This document shows positions 1 through 9,444 of a stretch of DNA of 64,000 bases, piece after piece. Numbering within the stretch: position 1 is the stretch's first letter; every line of letters starts with the position of its first letter. The notes under the pieces were generated by a model. That model was not told where the DNA came from. It did no database searches and was given only the letters and a program-made list of their open reading frames with translations. The translations under genes and the position numbers were made by a program. The DNA lies in contig JABDKW010000008.1 in NCBI GenBank assembly GCA_013002025.1, forward strand, positions 23,580-87,579, in the 5' to 3' direction. Origin of the DNA: Gammaproteobacteria bacterium. GTDB taxonomy: Bacteria; Pseudomonadota; Gammaproteobacteria; Arenicellales; Arenicellaceae.

Positions 1-1
1 C

Positions 2-178
2 CAGAAATTGAATCGTGGTCAGCAGGATGTATTGACCGACCTGAACAAGCGTTTTGAAAAAGTATTGCTCAAGGTTGCGCTGGATCATAGCGGTGGCCAT
101 CGGCAAAATGCAGCTCGCTTGCTGGGATGGGGCCGCAATACCTTGACCAGAAAATTGAAGGACCTGAAGCTTAACTGA
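2..178 (+). CDS. 3' end of a sigma-54-dependent (NtrC-family) response regulator, Fis-type HTH (partial)
   Basis: Frame 2 translates to ...HRQNAARLLGWGRNTLTRKLKDLKLN*, almost the same as the NtrC C-terminal HTH (AARLLGWGRNTLTRKLKELG). Confidence 0.7.
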   Translation, partial: QKLNRGQQDVLTDLNKRFEKVLLKVALDHSGGHRQNAARLLGWGRNTLTRKLKDLKLN

Positions 179-264
179 AATCGCGCAGGGCGCTGTTTTT
201 CAATGTGTTTGCCTGTGTATAATCAGCGCTTCACAGGCAAACCGGGTTTTACATCGTCACCGAG

Positions 265-948
265 ATGAGAGCTTTAAACCGACATATTATTAATCTTGCA
301 ATGATCGCCGCGCTGGCATCCGCCAGTGGCTTAGCGGCTGCGCAAACGCGCTACGTGACAGACGATTTTGAGATCATGGTAAGAACTGGCCCCAGCATTC
401 AAAATAAAATTGTGCGGACCCTGCGCAGCGGTGATCGAATTGAGGTGCTGCGCGAAGATGCCGGCAACGGCCACAGCCAGATACAGACCGGCGACGGCGA
501 GATCGGTTATATGCTGACGCGCTTTATCACGACTAACCGCTCTGCTCGCAGCCGGGTGGCATCTTTGCAACGACAGTTGGAGGAGTTACGTTCCGAGCCG
601 GGAGAGCTGCGTACTTTACTGGCCAATAGTCAGGACGAGAACCGACAATTACTGCAGCGTACCGCCGAACTGGAAAGCCAGTTGGATGCGGTGACCGTCG
701 AGCTGGCGCGCATCACAGAAGCGGCGGGCAACGCCGTGAATTTGGCCAGCGAAAATCAGGCCTTGTCGGCCGAGGTGCAACAGCGCCTACTGGAACTGGA
801 TGACATCCGCATTCAAAACGAAACCCTGAAAGATCAAAATAAAAGAATGGATCGACTCATCACAGCTGGATTGCTGCTGGTGGGTCTATTTTGTGGCTGG
901 GTGTTGTCGATATCCGGCCGCCGCCGCCGTAATTCCTGGGGCTCCTGA
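265..948 (+). CDS. SH3-domain membrane-anchored protein (YgiM/TIGR04211-like)
   Basis: Signal peptide, then an SH3-like segment (YVTDDFEIMVRTGPS...GDRIEVL), a coiled coil and a C-terminal TM helix with an RRRR tail. Confidence 0.6.
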   Translation: MRALNRHIINLAMIAALASASGLAAAQTRYVTDDFEIMVRTGPSIQNKIVRTLRSGDRIEVLREDAGNGHSQIQTGDGEIGYMLTRFITTNRSARSRVASLQRQLEELRSEPGELRTLLANSQDENRQLLQRTAELESQLDAVTVELARITEAAGNAVNLASENQALSAEVQQRLLELDDIRIQNETLKDQNKRMDRLITAGLLLVGLFCGWVLSISGRRRRNSWGS

Positions 949-961
949 GCAAGCAGCGGAG

Positions 962-1966
962 TCAGCCGACCTGCTGATCACGCACAATCTCACTCATCAA
1001 TGCGGCGTGATTGTCCGACTCATTCAGGCAGGGTATGTAGTTGTATTGCTCGCCGCCGGACTCAATAAAGTACTCGCGGTTCTCCATCTGAATTTCCTCA
1101 AGCGTCTCCAGACAGTCAACGCTAAATCCGGGGCAGACAATATCAACTGACTTCACGCCCTGGGCCGGAAGCTGCTTTAGCGTTTCATCACAATAGGGCT
1201 GCAGCCATTGCTCGGCACCGAAGCGGGATTGAAAAACCAGCATCCATTGATCCTCGCTCAGTTGCAGATAGTTGGCTATGGCGGTGGCACTTTGCTGACA
1301 CTGTTGCTGATAGGGATCACCCTTTTGAACATATTTTTGCGGGATGCCGTGAAATGACATCACCAGTTTGGCAGCACGGCCATGTGCAGCCCAGTGCTGA
1401 TTAATTGAGTCTCCGATGGCGGCAATGTAAGCATTGCGATGCGCGTAACTCTGTACAAAGGCAAGATCAGGCACCCAGCGGTGTTTGCTGAGTGCGGCGG
1501 CGACTGCGTCAAAGGTCGACCCGTTGGTGCTGCCTGAATACTGGGGATACATCGGCACCACCACTACTTTGCGGCAGCCTGCGCGGTGCAACTTCGCTAA
1601 TTTTGACGCCACGCTCGGTTGGCCATAGCGCATCGCTAACTCGACCTGGAAATTGTTACCCAACTGGGACTGCACTTTGGAGGCTAGAGCCGCGCTATTG
1701 ACTAGCAGCGGCGATCCTTCATCAGTCCAAATTTTACGATAGGTTGCCGCAGAGCGGTGCGCACGCACGTTGATAATGATGCCTTTTACCAACAGCAATC
1801 TAAACAATTTCGGCAGTTCAATTACCCGTGGGTCCAGCAAAAATTCGCTTAAGTAACTCCGTAGTGCCGGACACACGGCCCGCTCCGGTGTGCCTAAATT
1901 GACCAGTAACACACCGGTTACAGCAGTGCTTTGTGCCGGGTCGGATGCCTGTCCGAAGTACTTCAC
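962..1966 (-). CDS. hemH: ferrochelatase
   Basis: 334 aa with VVVPMYPQYSGST, MSFHGIPQKY and LVFQSRFG motifs. Confidence 0.9.
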   Translation of the reverse strand: MKYFGQASDPAQSTAVTGVLLVNLGTPERAVCPALRSYLSEFLLDPRVIELPKLFRLLLVKGIIINVRAHRSAATYRKIWTDEGSPLLVNSAALASKVQSQLGNNFQVELAMRYGQPSVASKLAKLHRAGCRKVVVVPMYPQYSGSTNGSTFDAVAAALSKHRWVPDLAFVQSYAHRNAYIAAIGDSINQHWAAHGRAAKLVMSFHGIPQKYVQKGDPYQQQCQQSATAIANYLQLSEDQWMLVFQSRFGAEQWLQPYCDETLKQLPAQGVKSVDIVCPGFSVDCLETLEEIQMENREYFIESGGEQYNYIPCLNESDNHAALMSEIVRDQQVG

Positions 1967-2022
1967 AATTAGGGATTTAGCCTTGGCCGCAATAGTTGTT
2001 TTTGCTGTCCAAGGCGGACCAA

Positions 2023-3114
2023 CTATGCATTACCGGTGACTTTAATGCCCGGCCTGATGTGTTCATTGGCAAAATCCACCATTCGTTTCAGTGACCGGGC
2101 CGCTTTGACTCGGATTTCTTCGTCAATTTGAATTTCGTTGTCCCCTGTTTTCAGCACTTTGTGCAGCCGTTGCAGATCATTCATTTTCATCCAGGGGCAA
2201 CGGGCGCAGCTCTTGCAGGTCGCGCCTTCACCGGCAGTGGGCGCTGCGATAAATTCCTTGTCCGGCGAGTACTGCTTCATCTTGTGAAAAATTCCGTCTT
2301 CGGTGGCCACAATAAATTGCTTATTTGGCAGTTCGCGGCTGGCTGCCAGAATCTTACTGGTGGAGCCAACCACGTCGGCCAGGTCGATCACACTCATGGG
2401 AGATTCGGGATGCACCAGCACGGCGGCGTCCGGATACTCCTTTTTCATTTCAAGCAATTGCTCAGCCTTAAATTCCTCATGCACGATGCACGCGCCCTGC
2501 CACATGATCATGTCGGCGCCGGTTTCTTTTTGTATGTAGTTGCCCAAAAAGCGGTCGGGCCCCCAGATTATTTTTTCACCTTTGTCTCGCAGGTGGGTGC
2601 AAATTTCTAAGGCAATTGAGGACGTAACAACCCAATCTGCACGCGCTTTCACGGCCGCGGAGGTGTTCGCATAAACCACCACCGTGCGATCAGGGTGCTC
2701 ATCACAAAACGCCGAAAATTCCTCAATCGGGCAGCCAATATCGAGCGAGCATTCGGCCTCGCTATCGAGCAGCAAAACACGTTTCTCCGGGCTTAGGATT
2801 TTGGATGTTTCCGCCATAAATTTGACACCTGCGACCACCACGGTGCTGGCTTCATGCTCATATGCGTAACGGGCCATTTCCAGCGAGTCTGCTACCGTGC
2901 CGCCACTCTCTTCCGCCAAGTCCTGTAGTTCATCATCGACATAATAATGTGATACCAGGATGGCATCCTGATCTTTCAGTTGTTGCAAAATTTCTTGCCG
3001 CAGGGTCCGTTCGGCCTCGGCACCCAGTGCAGCATGGGTGATGGAGCGGGCCTGAGCAGCGGTTTGATCAATCTCTGCTTCCAGGCTTTTTGGCACATCG
3101 AGGGCTTTACTCAT
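2023..3114 (-). CDS. nadA: quinolinate synthase
   Basis: 363 aa, NadA-like throughout, with Cys ligand regions ([21 protein letters not shown]). Confidence 0.9.
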   Translation of the reverse strand: MSKALDVPKSLEAEIDQTAAQARSITHAALGAEAERTLRQEILQQLKDQDAILVSHYYVDDELQDLAEESGGTVADSLEMARYAYEHEASTVVVAGVKFMAETSKILSPEKRVLLLDSEAECSLDIGCPIEEFSAFCDEHPDRTVVVYANTSAAVKARADWVVTSSIALEICTHLRDKGEKIIWGPDRFLGNYIQKETGADMIMWQGACIVHEEFKAEQLLEMKKEYPDAAVLVHPESPMSVIDLADVVGSTSKILAASRELPNKQFIVATEDGIFHKMKQYSPDKEFIAAPTAGEGATCKSCARCPWMKMNDLQRLHKVLKTGDNEIQIDEEIRVKAARSLKRMVDFANEHIRPGIKVTGNA

Positions 3115-3260
3115 GATTTACTCCGGCGCTAAGCGCCGCCTGTCTCGTGGAACTGTTTGCCCTATGCACAACTCGATGCATGCATAGAGCCGAGATTTTA
3201 GCACAGCGGTGGTGACAGGCTTACTCACCTTAAGTCAAAAAAGCGGTCAAGAAAGTGATC

Positions 3261-3295
3261 AAAAAAAGCCACCCCCCGAGATCCGGAGGGTGGCT
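3261..3295 (-). terminator. rho-independent terminator downstream of the lysine-rich protein gene
   Basis: On the minus strand an AGCCACCC...GGGTGGCT hairpin (3267-3274 / 3288-3295) is followed by a run of 7 T (3261-3267). Confidence 0.5.
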
Positions 3296-3425
3296 GTGAC
3301 TTGCTTAGTTAATACGGTACTAAAAGTAACTATGGCGCCAAAAACCGCGGCTTAGAAACTAATTGGAAACTAAAACGGGCGCGGAATGCTTAACCCGCCT
3401 TTTTTAGCCCGCTTGCGTTTCTTAA

Positions 3426-4010
3426 CTACTTTTTTTTTACTTTTCTGGCTTTTTTCTTGGTGGCCTTTTTTGCTTTCTTGGCTACTTTCTTAGCCTTCTT
3501 GGCTACTTTCTTAGCCTTCTTGGCTACCTTTTTAGCCTTCTTTGCTACCTTTTTCTTGGCTTTCTTAGCCACCTTTTTCGCTTTTTTGGCGACCTTTTTG
3601 GCTTTCTTAGCTACCTTTTTCTTGGCTTTCTTGGCTTTCTTGGCGACCTTCTTGGCCTTTTTCTTGGTCACCTTTTTCTTGGCCTTCTTAGCCACCTTTT
3701 TGGCTTTCTTAGCTACTTTCTTTTTAGCCTTCTTGGCGACCTTCTTGGTTTTCTTAGCCACCTTTTTCTTGGTGGCCTTTTTAGCTACTTTTTTCTTCGC
3801 TTTTTTGGCTACCTTTTTCGTTTTCTTAGCGACTTTCTTCGCTTTTTTGGCTACTTTTTTTGTTGTTTTCTTTGCCGCCTTTTTTGGACTTGCTTTTTTA
3901 GCTACCGCTTTTTTACGCGTAGCAGTTTTAGAAGTGGTTTTCTTTGCTGCTTTACGCACAGCAGGTTTTGCCTTTCGCACAACCTTTTTCGCTTTCTTTT
4001 TGGTAGCCAT
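3426..4010 (-). CDS. histone H1-like / AlgP-like lysine- and alanine-rich DNA-binding protein
   Basis: 194 aa made almost entirely of K/A/V in reiterated KKVAKKAKK units. The opposite-strand ORF 3457-4059 is its F/L-rich mirror artefact. Confidence 0.7.
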   Translation of the reverse strand: MATKKKAKKVVRKAKPAVRKAAKKTTSKTATRKKAVAKKASPKKAAKKTTKKVAKKAKKVAKKTKKVAKKAKKKVAKKATKKKVAKKTKKVAKKAKKKVAKKAKKVAKKAKKKVTKKKAKKVAKKAKKAKKKVAKKAKKVAKKAKKVAKKAKKKVAKKAKKVAKKAKKVAKKAKKVAKKAKKATKKKARKVKKK

Positions 4011-4227
4011 CTTTTTCCCTCGGAAGTTAGGAGTTGGTAGTAAAGAGTTTGCAGTGTGAACTTATAAAATTTCTTCGTTCTGTAACAGTGAATATAAAAA
4101 AATAAAATGCCACGCAGTCAATATAGTTAAGGCTACATAAATGTCAAGTAATCTCATCATCGGTGCTAGTAGTGTTTTCCAGCGTGAGTATAATACCGCC
4201 GATAAATATGAGTTCGAGTTACACAAC

Positions 4228-5256
4228 ATGTCAGAATTTTTCTTCGCCTACGGTTTGTTTTTTGCCAAAGTTTTAACTGCACTGATTGCGCTGGTTTTTG
4301 CCGTTGCAATCATCGCCTCTGCGCGCCAAAAGAAGGATGAGGGGCCTGAGCTTAAAGTCACAAACCTCAATCAAAAGTATCGCGACTTACAGATGCGCTT
4401 GCGACATGCGGTGATGAATAAGAAACAATTTAAACAGTTTGCCAAGCAACAGCAAAAGTCCATCAAGCAGCAACAAAAGGCAACGCCCAAATCAACTGCG
4501 CGGTCGAAAATGTTTGTGTTGGACTTTGATGGGGATATCAAGGCCACTGAAGTGGCTACTCTACGTGACGAGATCACTACCATGCTGAGTGTGGCCGAAC
4601 CCCAGGATGAAGTATTGCTGAAGCTGGATAATTCGGGTGGTCTGGTTCATGAACATGGCTTGGCGGCGTCGCAATTACAGCGGATTAAGGATGCCAAGCT
4701 CAACTTTACGGTCGCGGTCGATAAGGTGGCCGCCAGCGGGGGCTATATGATGGCTTGTGTGGCCGACAAGATCATTGCCGCCCCGTTCGCTATTCTGGGC
4801 TCGATCGGTGTGCTGGCTCAGTTACCAAACTTCAATCGGATGCTGGATAAACATGGCATCGATTTTGAACAGCACACGGCAGGGGAATATAAGCGCACGG
4901 TGACCATGTTCGGCAAGAACAGTGATAAAGAACGCGAAAAGTTGAAGCTTGATCTGCAGGAGACCCACCGCCTGTTTCGTGAGTTTGTAGCGGGTAATCG
5001 CCCCAAATTGAATATCGACGAGGTCGCGACCGGTGAGCATTGGTATGGGCTGCAGGCTCTGGATCGGCGCCTGATTGACGAGGTCAAGACCAGTGATGAG
5101 TTTTTGGTTGATGCGATAAACGATTACGACATTTATCAGATTAAAATGGAGATCAAAAAACCCTTACAGGAACGCATTGTCGGCGGCCTTGGGTCAATTT
5201 CCGAGGGGCTGCGCAACCGGTTCGCTGCGCAGCAAAATGATTCGAAATATTTGTAA
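4228..5256 (+). CDS. sohB: S49 family periplasmic protease SohB
   Basis: From the internal Met (MSEFFFAYGLFFAK) it is collinear with E. coli SohB, including VDKVAASGGYMMACVADKI and ATGEHWYG. The ORF is open from 4141. Confidence 0.8.
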   Translation: MSEFFFAYGLFFAKVLTALIALVFAVAIIASARQKKDEGPELKVTNLNQKYRDLQMRLRHAVMNKKQFKQFAKQQQKSIKQQQKATPKSTARSKMFVLDFDGDIKATEVATLRDEITTMLSVAEPQDEVLLKLDNSGGLVHEHGLAASQLQRIKDAKLNFTVAVDKVAASGGYMMACVADKIIAAPFAILGSIGVLAQLPNFNRMLDKHGIDFEQHTAGEYKRTVTMFGKNSDKEREKLKLDLQETHRLFREFVAGNRPKLNIDEVATGEHWYGLQALDRRLIDEVKTSDEFLVDAINDYDIYQIKMEIKKPLQERIVGGLGSISEGLRNRFAAQQNDSKYL

Positions 5257-5286
5257 GTGCCCAGCGGCGGGCACACCCGCGGTGAC

Positions 5287-7473
5287 TTAGCCGGCTGGAG
5301 ACTTGGTGATCACGGCATTGGTCCACTTAATTTGATCGAGCAAAATTCGCGCGGCCTCCTGGTGCCGCACGATATTGAAGTGCTCATCCTCATCCGGTAA
5401 GGGATTATCAGCGCGCGTTTCCTCGGTCACTGGATCGAGCCCCAGCGATGCGCGATAGGCGTTCAATTGCGCCAGTGATTCGGCTTCGACGGTTTTTCGC
5501 TCAGCGGCTCGCTGATCCTTAACCAGAGACAATTCTTTGACATTGCGATTGGCATGACGGCGTTCCGATGTTTGGCGTAATAAGGTAAACGCTGGCGAGT
5601 CTTGTGCGCGCTCGGCATGACGCTTACTCAAGTGTTCGATCATGGGCGGCGAGAAACTGTTGGATTCAAATAGCACGGGACGGGTTTGACTCCAGGGTAG
5701 CGCATTGTCATAAGCCCGCTCACCAAACTCCTCATCTTCGATACCCGAGTTCACCACGATATCCGGAATGACTCCCCGGTGTTGGGTGCTGCCCCCATTG
5801 ACTCTGAAGAATTGGGCAATGGTGAATTTCACCTGACTTTCATGGCCTTCTTCATTGCGCCCGCGAAGTGGCGCCACTGTTTGTACTGTGCCTTTCCCAA
5901 AAGAGCGCTCGCCGACCACCAGGGCGCGACCGTAATCCTGCATGGCAGCGGCAAAAATTTCCGAGGCTGACGCGCTGTAACGGTCAATCAATACAATCAT
6001 CGGCCCGTCGTAAGCTACACCTTCATCGCGATCTCGTCGCACTTCGCGCTTGCGATTGGAGAAAACGGATTGTACTACCGGCCCCTGAGGAATAAACAAG
6101 CCCGTCAGCCGCACCGCCTGATCGAGATAGCCGCCGCCATTGCCGCGCAGATCTATAATTAATCCATCGGACTGGTTTTGTTCTACTTGTTTTAAGAGCT
6201 TGCGAACGTCATGGGCGGTAGCCTTGTATTCGGCACCTTGTTTAGCCAATTGCGAATTTGAATAAAATGATGGAATACTGATGACTGAAAACTTCTTGTT
6301 GGAATTGCCGTCCGGAATTTCCACATGGCTGAGTTTGGCCGCCTGATCCTCCAACTGAATCACATCCCGAACCAATTCTATTTCTTCAGGCGGTGCTCCC
6401 GGGGCGCTATCGGCTTTCATTATCTGCAGGCGCACGCGCGTACCTTTGTCGCCGCGTATCATCTGCACTACATCGGTTAATCGCCAGCCGATCACATTGA
6501 TCATTTCCTCGCCCTGTTGACCAACCGCGACAATTTTGTCTTCCGGCTTAATGGCACCACTGCGCTCCGCAGGGCCACCGGGGATTATTCGATTGACCAC
6601 CGTGTAATCTTCTTCTGTCTGTAGGGCAGCGCCAATACCCTCAAGAGAAAGCGACATATTAATACGGAAATTTTCGGCGGTAATGTGTGACATGTACTGC
6701 GTGTGTGGCCCCAGTTCCCGCGCGTAAGCGTTCATAAATATTTCGAAAACCTCGTCCGCTTTTAATTGGAAAACCACATCGCGCTGGCGCTGGTAGCGGC
6801 GCGCCAGATTGTCTTTAATTTCTTCCAGCGGGGTCTCTGCCAGCATTTGTTGCAGCATGTCATTTTTAATTCGCTTGCGCCATTTTTCACGAACCTCAAG
6901 CTTGCTCCTGGCCCATTGATAGTTGTCGCTATCGACGTTTAGTGATTCGTCCTCGCTGAAATCAAAATCCTGTTCCAGTAATTCCATTACCAATTCGGTA
7001 CTCTGCTCGAGACGAGTACGGTATAGCTTATAGATATCGAAAGCCACTTCGGCATCCGCCAGTTTCATGTAGTCGTCTATTTTCTTGCCATGTAGCTGGA
7101 GCTGATCGACATCCTGCTGTGTGAAATGCAGCTTGATGGGGTCCAAACGCTCCAGATACGTGGTCAAAATTCGCTCAGAAATATCATCATCGAGGTCTTT
7201 TGGCAGGTAATGATCATGCCTGAGATAAGCCACTGTTCGTTGAATGTCCTTACGCAATTCCGGGTTCATGGTGAGGTCGGCTTCAGCGACTTGCTTGATT
7301 TCCGCGGATACGCTGCAGGTGGTTGTCATCAATGCGACAACAACACATGCTCTAAGGGTGGACAGAATGGTTTTGAGTGAACTGGGGGTCAGTTTTGCCA
7401 CGCATAGCGCCTTGGGCGCTTGGCGCAAAGCAAGCTGAGGAGATCGGTTTAGTATTGTTGTATTCATAATCAT
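5287..7473 (-). CDS. prc: carboxy-terminal processing (tail-specific) protease
   Basis: 728 aa with a PDZ region and an S41 core (DLRGNGGGYL, YSASASEIFAAA). Confidence 0.9.
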   Translation of the reverse strand: MIMNTTILNRSPQLALRQAPKALCVAKLTPSSLKTILSTLRACVVVALMTTTCSVSAEIKQVAEADLTMNPELRKDIQRTVAYLRHDHYLPKDLDDDISERILTTYLERLDPIKLHFTQQDVDQLQLHGKKIDDYMKLADAEVAFDIYKLYRTRLEQSTELVMELLEQDFDFSEDESLNVDSDNYQWARSKLEVREKWRKRIKNDMLQQMLAETPLEEIKDNLARRYQRQRDVVFQLKADEVFEIFMNAYARELGPHTQYMSHITAENFRINMSLSLEGIGAALQTEEDYTVVNRIIPGGPAERSGAIKPEDKIVAVGQQGEEMINVIGWRLTDVVQMIRGDKGTRVRLQIMKADSAPGAPPEEIELVRDVIQLEDQAAKLSHVEIPDGNSNKKFSVISIPSFYSNSQLAKQGAEYKATAHDVRKLLKQVEQNQSDGLIIDLRGNGGGYLDQAVRLTGLFIPQGPVVQSVFSNRKREVRRDRDEGVAYDGPMIVLIDRYSASASEIFAAAMQDYGRALVVGERSFGKGTVQTVAPLRGRNEEGHESQVKFTIAQFFRVNGGSTQHRGVIPDIVVNSGIEDEEFGERAYDNALPWSQTRPVLFESNSFSPPMIEHLSKRHAERAQDSPAFTLLRQTSERRHANRNVKELSLVKDQRAAERKTVEAESLAQLNAYRASLGLDPVTEETRADNPLPDEDEHFNIVRHQEAARILLDQIKWTNAVITKSPAG

Positions 7474-7690
7474 TCGAGTTTTAATGCGACGGTTGTCGAG
7501 CGGTCCAAGTCTGGCAGCCCAAATTCGCCCAAGGTCGAAATACCATTACGCATTTGTTCAGTTCCAGTATAGATGAGCAAAGCAGTGCCTCAAAAAAATC
7601 ATTGTGGATTTTTAATCTAGAAAAACTGCGATTCCGCCCAGCGAGGCTGCTTCTAGCGGGCGACAGAGCGTTCCTTCGCATGAACAATTT

Positions 7691-7881
7691 AAAAAAGCGT
7701 TACCCATATGTGCCGCAATGCGCTTGCTGCCTTGAACCAATGGTTCAAGTGGGAGTCTACACACTATATCAGGATCGCTACCGAGGTAGCTCTTCACAAC
7801 AACAATGTGGTCTGACCCCCGGGGAAAAAGACTAGGTTCTAAGGGATTAGAAGCGCACTCCGAACACCACAGGCAACGCCA
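7691..7881 (-). ncRNA. ssrS: 6S RNA
   Basis: It lies directly downstream of zapA on the same strand, as in E. coli. The minus strand carries the gamma-type hairpin CCACUUGAACCAUUGGUUCAAGG about 130 nt from the predicted 5' end. The 5' GCGUUGCC pairs with the 3' GGUAACGC, which is followed by a U-run. A further helix forms between GUGCGCUU and AAGCGCAU, and UGUUCG and UGCGGC resemble E. coli 6S. Ends are accurate to about +/-10 nt. Confidence 0.65.
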
Positions 7882-7887
7882 ACCGTT

Positions 7888-7893
7888 ATTATA
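7888..7893 (-). promoter_or_regulatory. candidate -10 element of ssrS
   Basis: A perfect TATAAT on the minus strand sits ~7 nt upstream of the start of the closing stem. No convincing -35 was found. Confidence 0.35.
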
Positions 7894-7941
7894 GCGCGTG
7901 GGCTACAAAAATAAGTGAAAATATTACCGCAGTAGCAGTTG

Positions 7942-8241
7942 CTAGTAGGCTTCCGCGTCTTTAAGAACTTCGTCGATTCTGGACTGTAGGCTTTCCAGCC
8001 GGCTATTAATCTGATCCTGTCCGGCGGTTGACTTCTGCAGCTTTAACAGATCATTGGTAATGTTAAGCGCAGCCATGATGGCACAGCGTTCGGCGCCGAT
8101 TATCTTGCCTGTTTTTTGTATATCCTTCATGTTGCTATCAAGATAGCGTGCCGCCTCCAGCAGGTCTTCCTGTTCGTGCGGCGGGCAGGCAACCGAAAAG
8201 TCGCGCCCCATGATGGAGATGTTTACACCTTTATTAGACAT
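7942..8241 (-). CDS. zapA: cell division protein ZapA
   Basis: 99 aa, ZapA-like (ISIMGRDFSVACPPHEQEDLLEAARYLD), in the conserved position opposite ygfB. Confidence 0.85.
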   Translation of the reverse strand: MSNKGVNISIMGRDFSVACPPHEQEDLLEAARYLDSNMKDIQKTGKIIGAERCAIMAALNITNDLLKLQKSTAGQDQINSRLESLQSRIDEVLKDAEAY

Positions 8242-8367
8242 GGCAAATCTGATGAGGTCTCGTTAGATATTTGGCGGAAGAAGCAGAAAAAGGAATCGGG
8301 TGTGCGAGAAACTAGGTGTGCTCAAAATAGGTGTACAAATAAGTCACAAGACCATTCAGCCTTTGCC

Positions 8368-8571
8368 TTATTGATCTTCCAGAGTGCGTAATTTTTCCAC
8401 AATTTTTTCCAGCCGCGAGCAAGCCAGGCGGTTCTTTTCTTTGAGCTGGGTTTTTTCTTCGAGCAAAGAGCCCTGCTCGGTTTTGAGAGATCGATTCTCA
8501 CTGCTCAATCTCTTGCATTCATTGATTAAGGTCTCGATGCGCTGCTCAAGACCGCCAATATTTGTTTCCAT
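8368..8571 (-). CDS. TIGR02449-type small coiled-coil protein (ZapB-like)
   Basis: 67 aa coiled coil (LINECKRLSSENRSLK...), in the position seen upstream of zapA in pseudomonads. Confidence 0.65.
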   Translation of the reverse strand: METNIGGLEQRIETLINECKRLSSENRSLKTEQGSLLEEKTQLKEKNRLACSRLEKIVEKLRTLEDQ

Positions 8572-8868
8572 CTATTTGCTCTAACCTGATTGCTCGACCC
8601 GTGAAGGGGTGTGGATTCTCTTGCTTGTGTGTTAGCCGTAGTAACAGCATCGCCACTAATTGCGCCGGACTGTACAGAGCCAGCCTCTATAGTCAGCTAA
8701 TAGTATGCGTGGCATTGGGTTGCGTCAACTGAACAGGCGTGTAATTTTAGGGATACTGCCGGTGCCGCGTACCGAGTGGCTAATTAATCCACTCCACTTC
8801 ATAGCTGCATGCGGTAAACTATCGGGCCATCTGACAGGCTCTAGCAGATCAAGAAAAGACGACTGTTT

Positions 8869-9444
8869 ATGAACACTGGTGTCGACCGTTATACGCAGCT
8901 TGAAGCTGTATTGGACTTGGCTGGGATCGAAATATCAGCCAGTGAAGCGCATGGGACGGTGGTTGGCGCCGTGGCCAATCACCTGCAGTCCGGTCAGTCC
9001 CCTGACCTAATGGGGCTTCTGGCGCCGGGTACGGACACTGCGAGTGGGGCGATGGCTCAGGCCAGCGAAACACTCTACGACCTGTATCGCGCCACCAGTT
9101 CGGAACTGCTGGAGGGGGCAGAAGGTTACAGCCTGCTGTTGCCGCACGAGGATGAACCGCTCAACACCCGAGTTGAAGGCTTGGCCGCGTGGGCGCGAGG
9201 CTACCTGCTGGGTTTGTTATACAACAACGCCTTTAGCATAGATCAACTGCCGGAAAGCGGGCCGGAAATTGGCCGCGATTTGATGCAAATTGCGGATGCA
9301 GGCGCCAGTTTGGGCGACGACACCGAACGCGAAGAAGATTGGGCGCTGGCTGAATTGCAGGAATACGTCAAAGTGGGCTCACAATTAATATTCGAATTTA
9401 TCTATTCAGCGCGCGCCAGCGAGACGCCTGAGGCACAGCAATGA
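8869..9444 (+). CDS. ygfB: UPF0149 family protein (YgfB-like)
   Basis: 191 aa, acidic, placed upstream of pepP as in E. coli and Pseudomonas. Confidence 0.7.
   Translation: MNTGVDRYTQLEAVLDLAGIEISASEAHGTVVGAVANHLQSGQSPDLMGLLAPGTDTASGAMAQASETLYDLYRATSSELLEGAEGYSLLLPHEDEPLNTRVEGLAAWARGYLLGLLYNNAFSIDQLPESGPEIGRDLMQIADAGASLGDDTEREEDWALAELQEYVKVGSQLIFEFIYSARASETPEAQQ

Noticed and set aside
3457-4059. 200-aa plus-strand ORF made of F/L/A/T repeats.
   Set aside because: It is the antisense reading of the lysine-repeat gene. Its composition is that of a low-complexity mirror artefact, and the minus-strand gene has the terminator.
4141-4227. 29-codon N-terminal extension of sohB.
   Set aside because: Collinearity with E. 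coli SohB begins at the internal Met (MSEFFFAYGLF versus MELLSEYGLF).
7630-7800. Plus-strand orientation for the 6S RNA. A closing helix 7643-7658 / 7776-7792 with G-U pairs and an AGCGGGC match to E. coli 6S initially suggested the plus strand.
   Set aside because: The diagnostic hairpin is palindromic, so it does not fix the strand. The plus-strand model gives an RNA that is too short (~155 nt) with a poorly paired interior, and it runs convergent to zapA. The minus-strand model has the right length, the right hairpin position, a TATAAT, a terminal U-run, better helices and the expected synteny.
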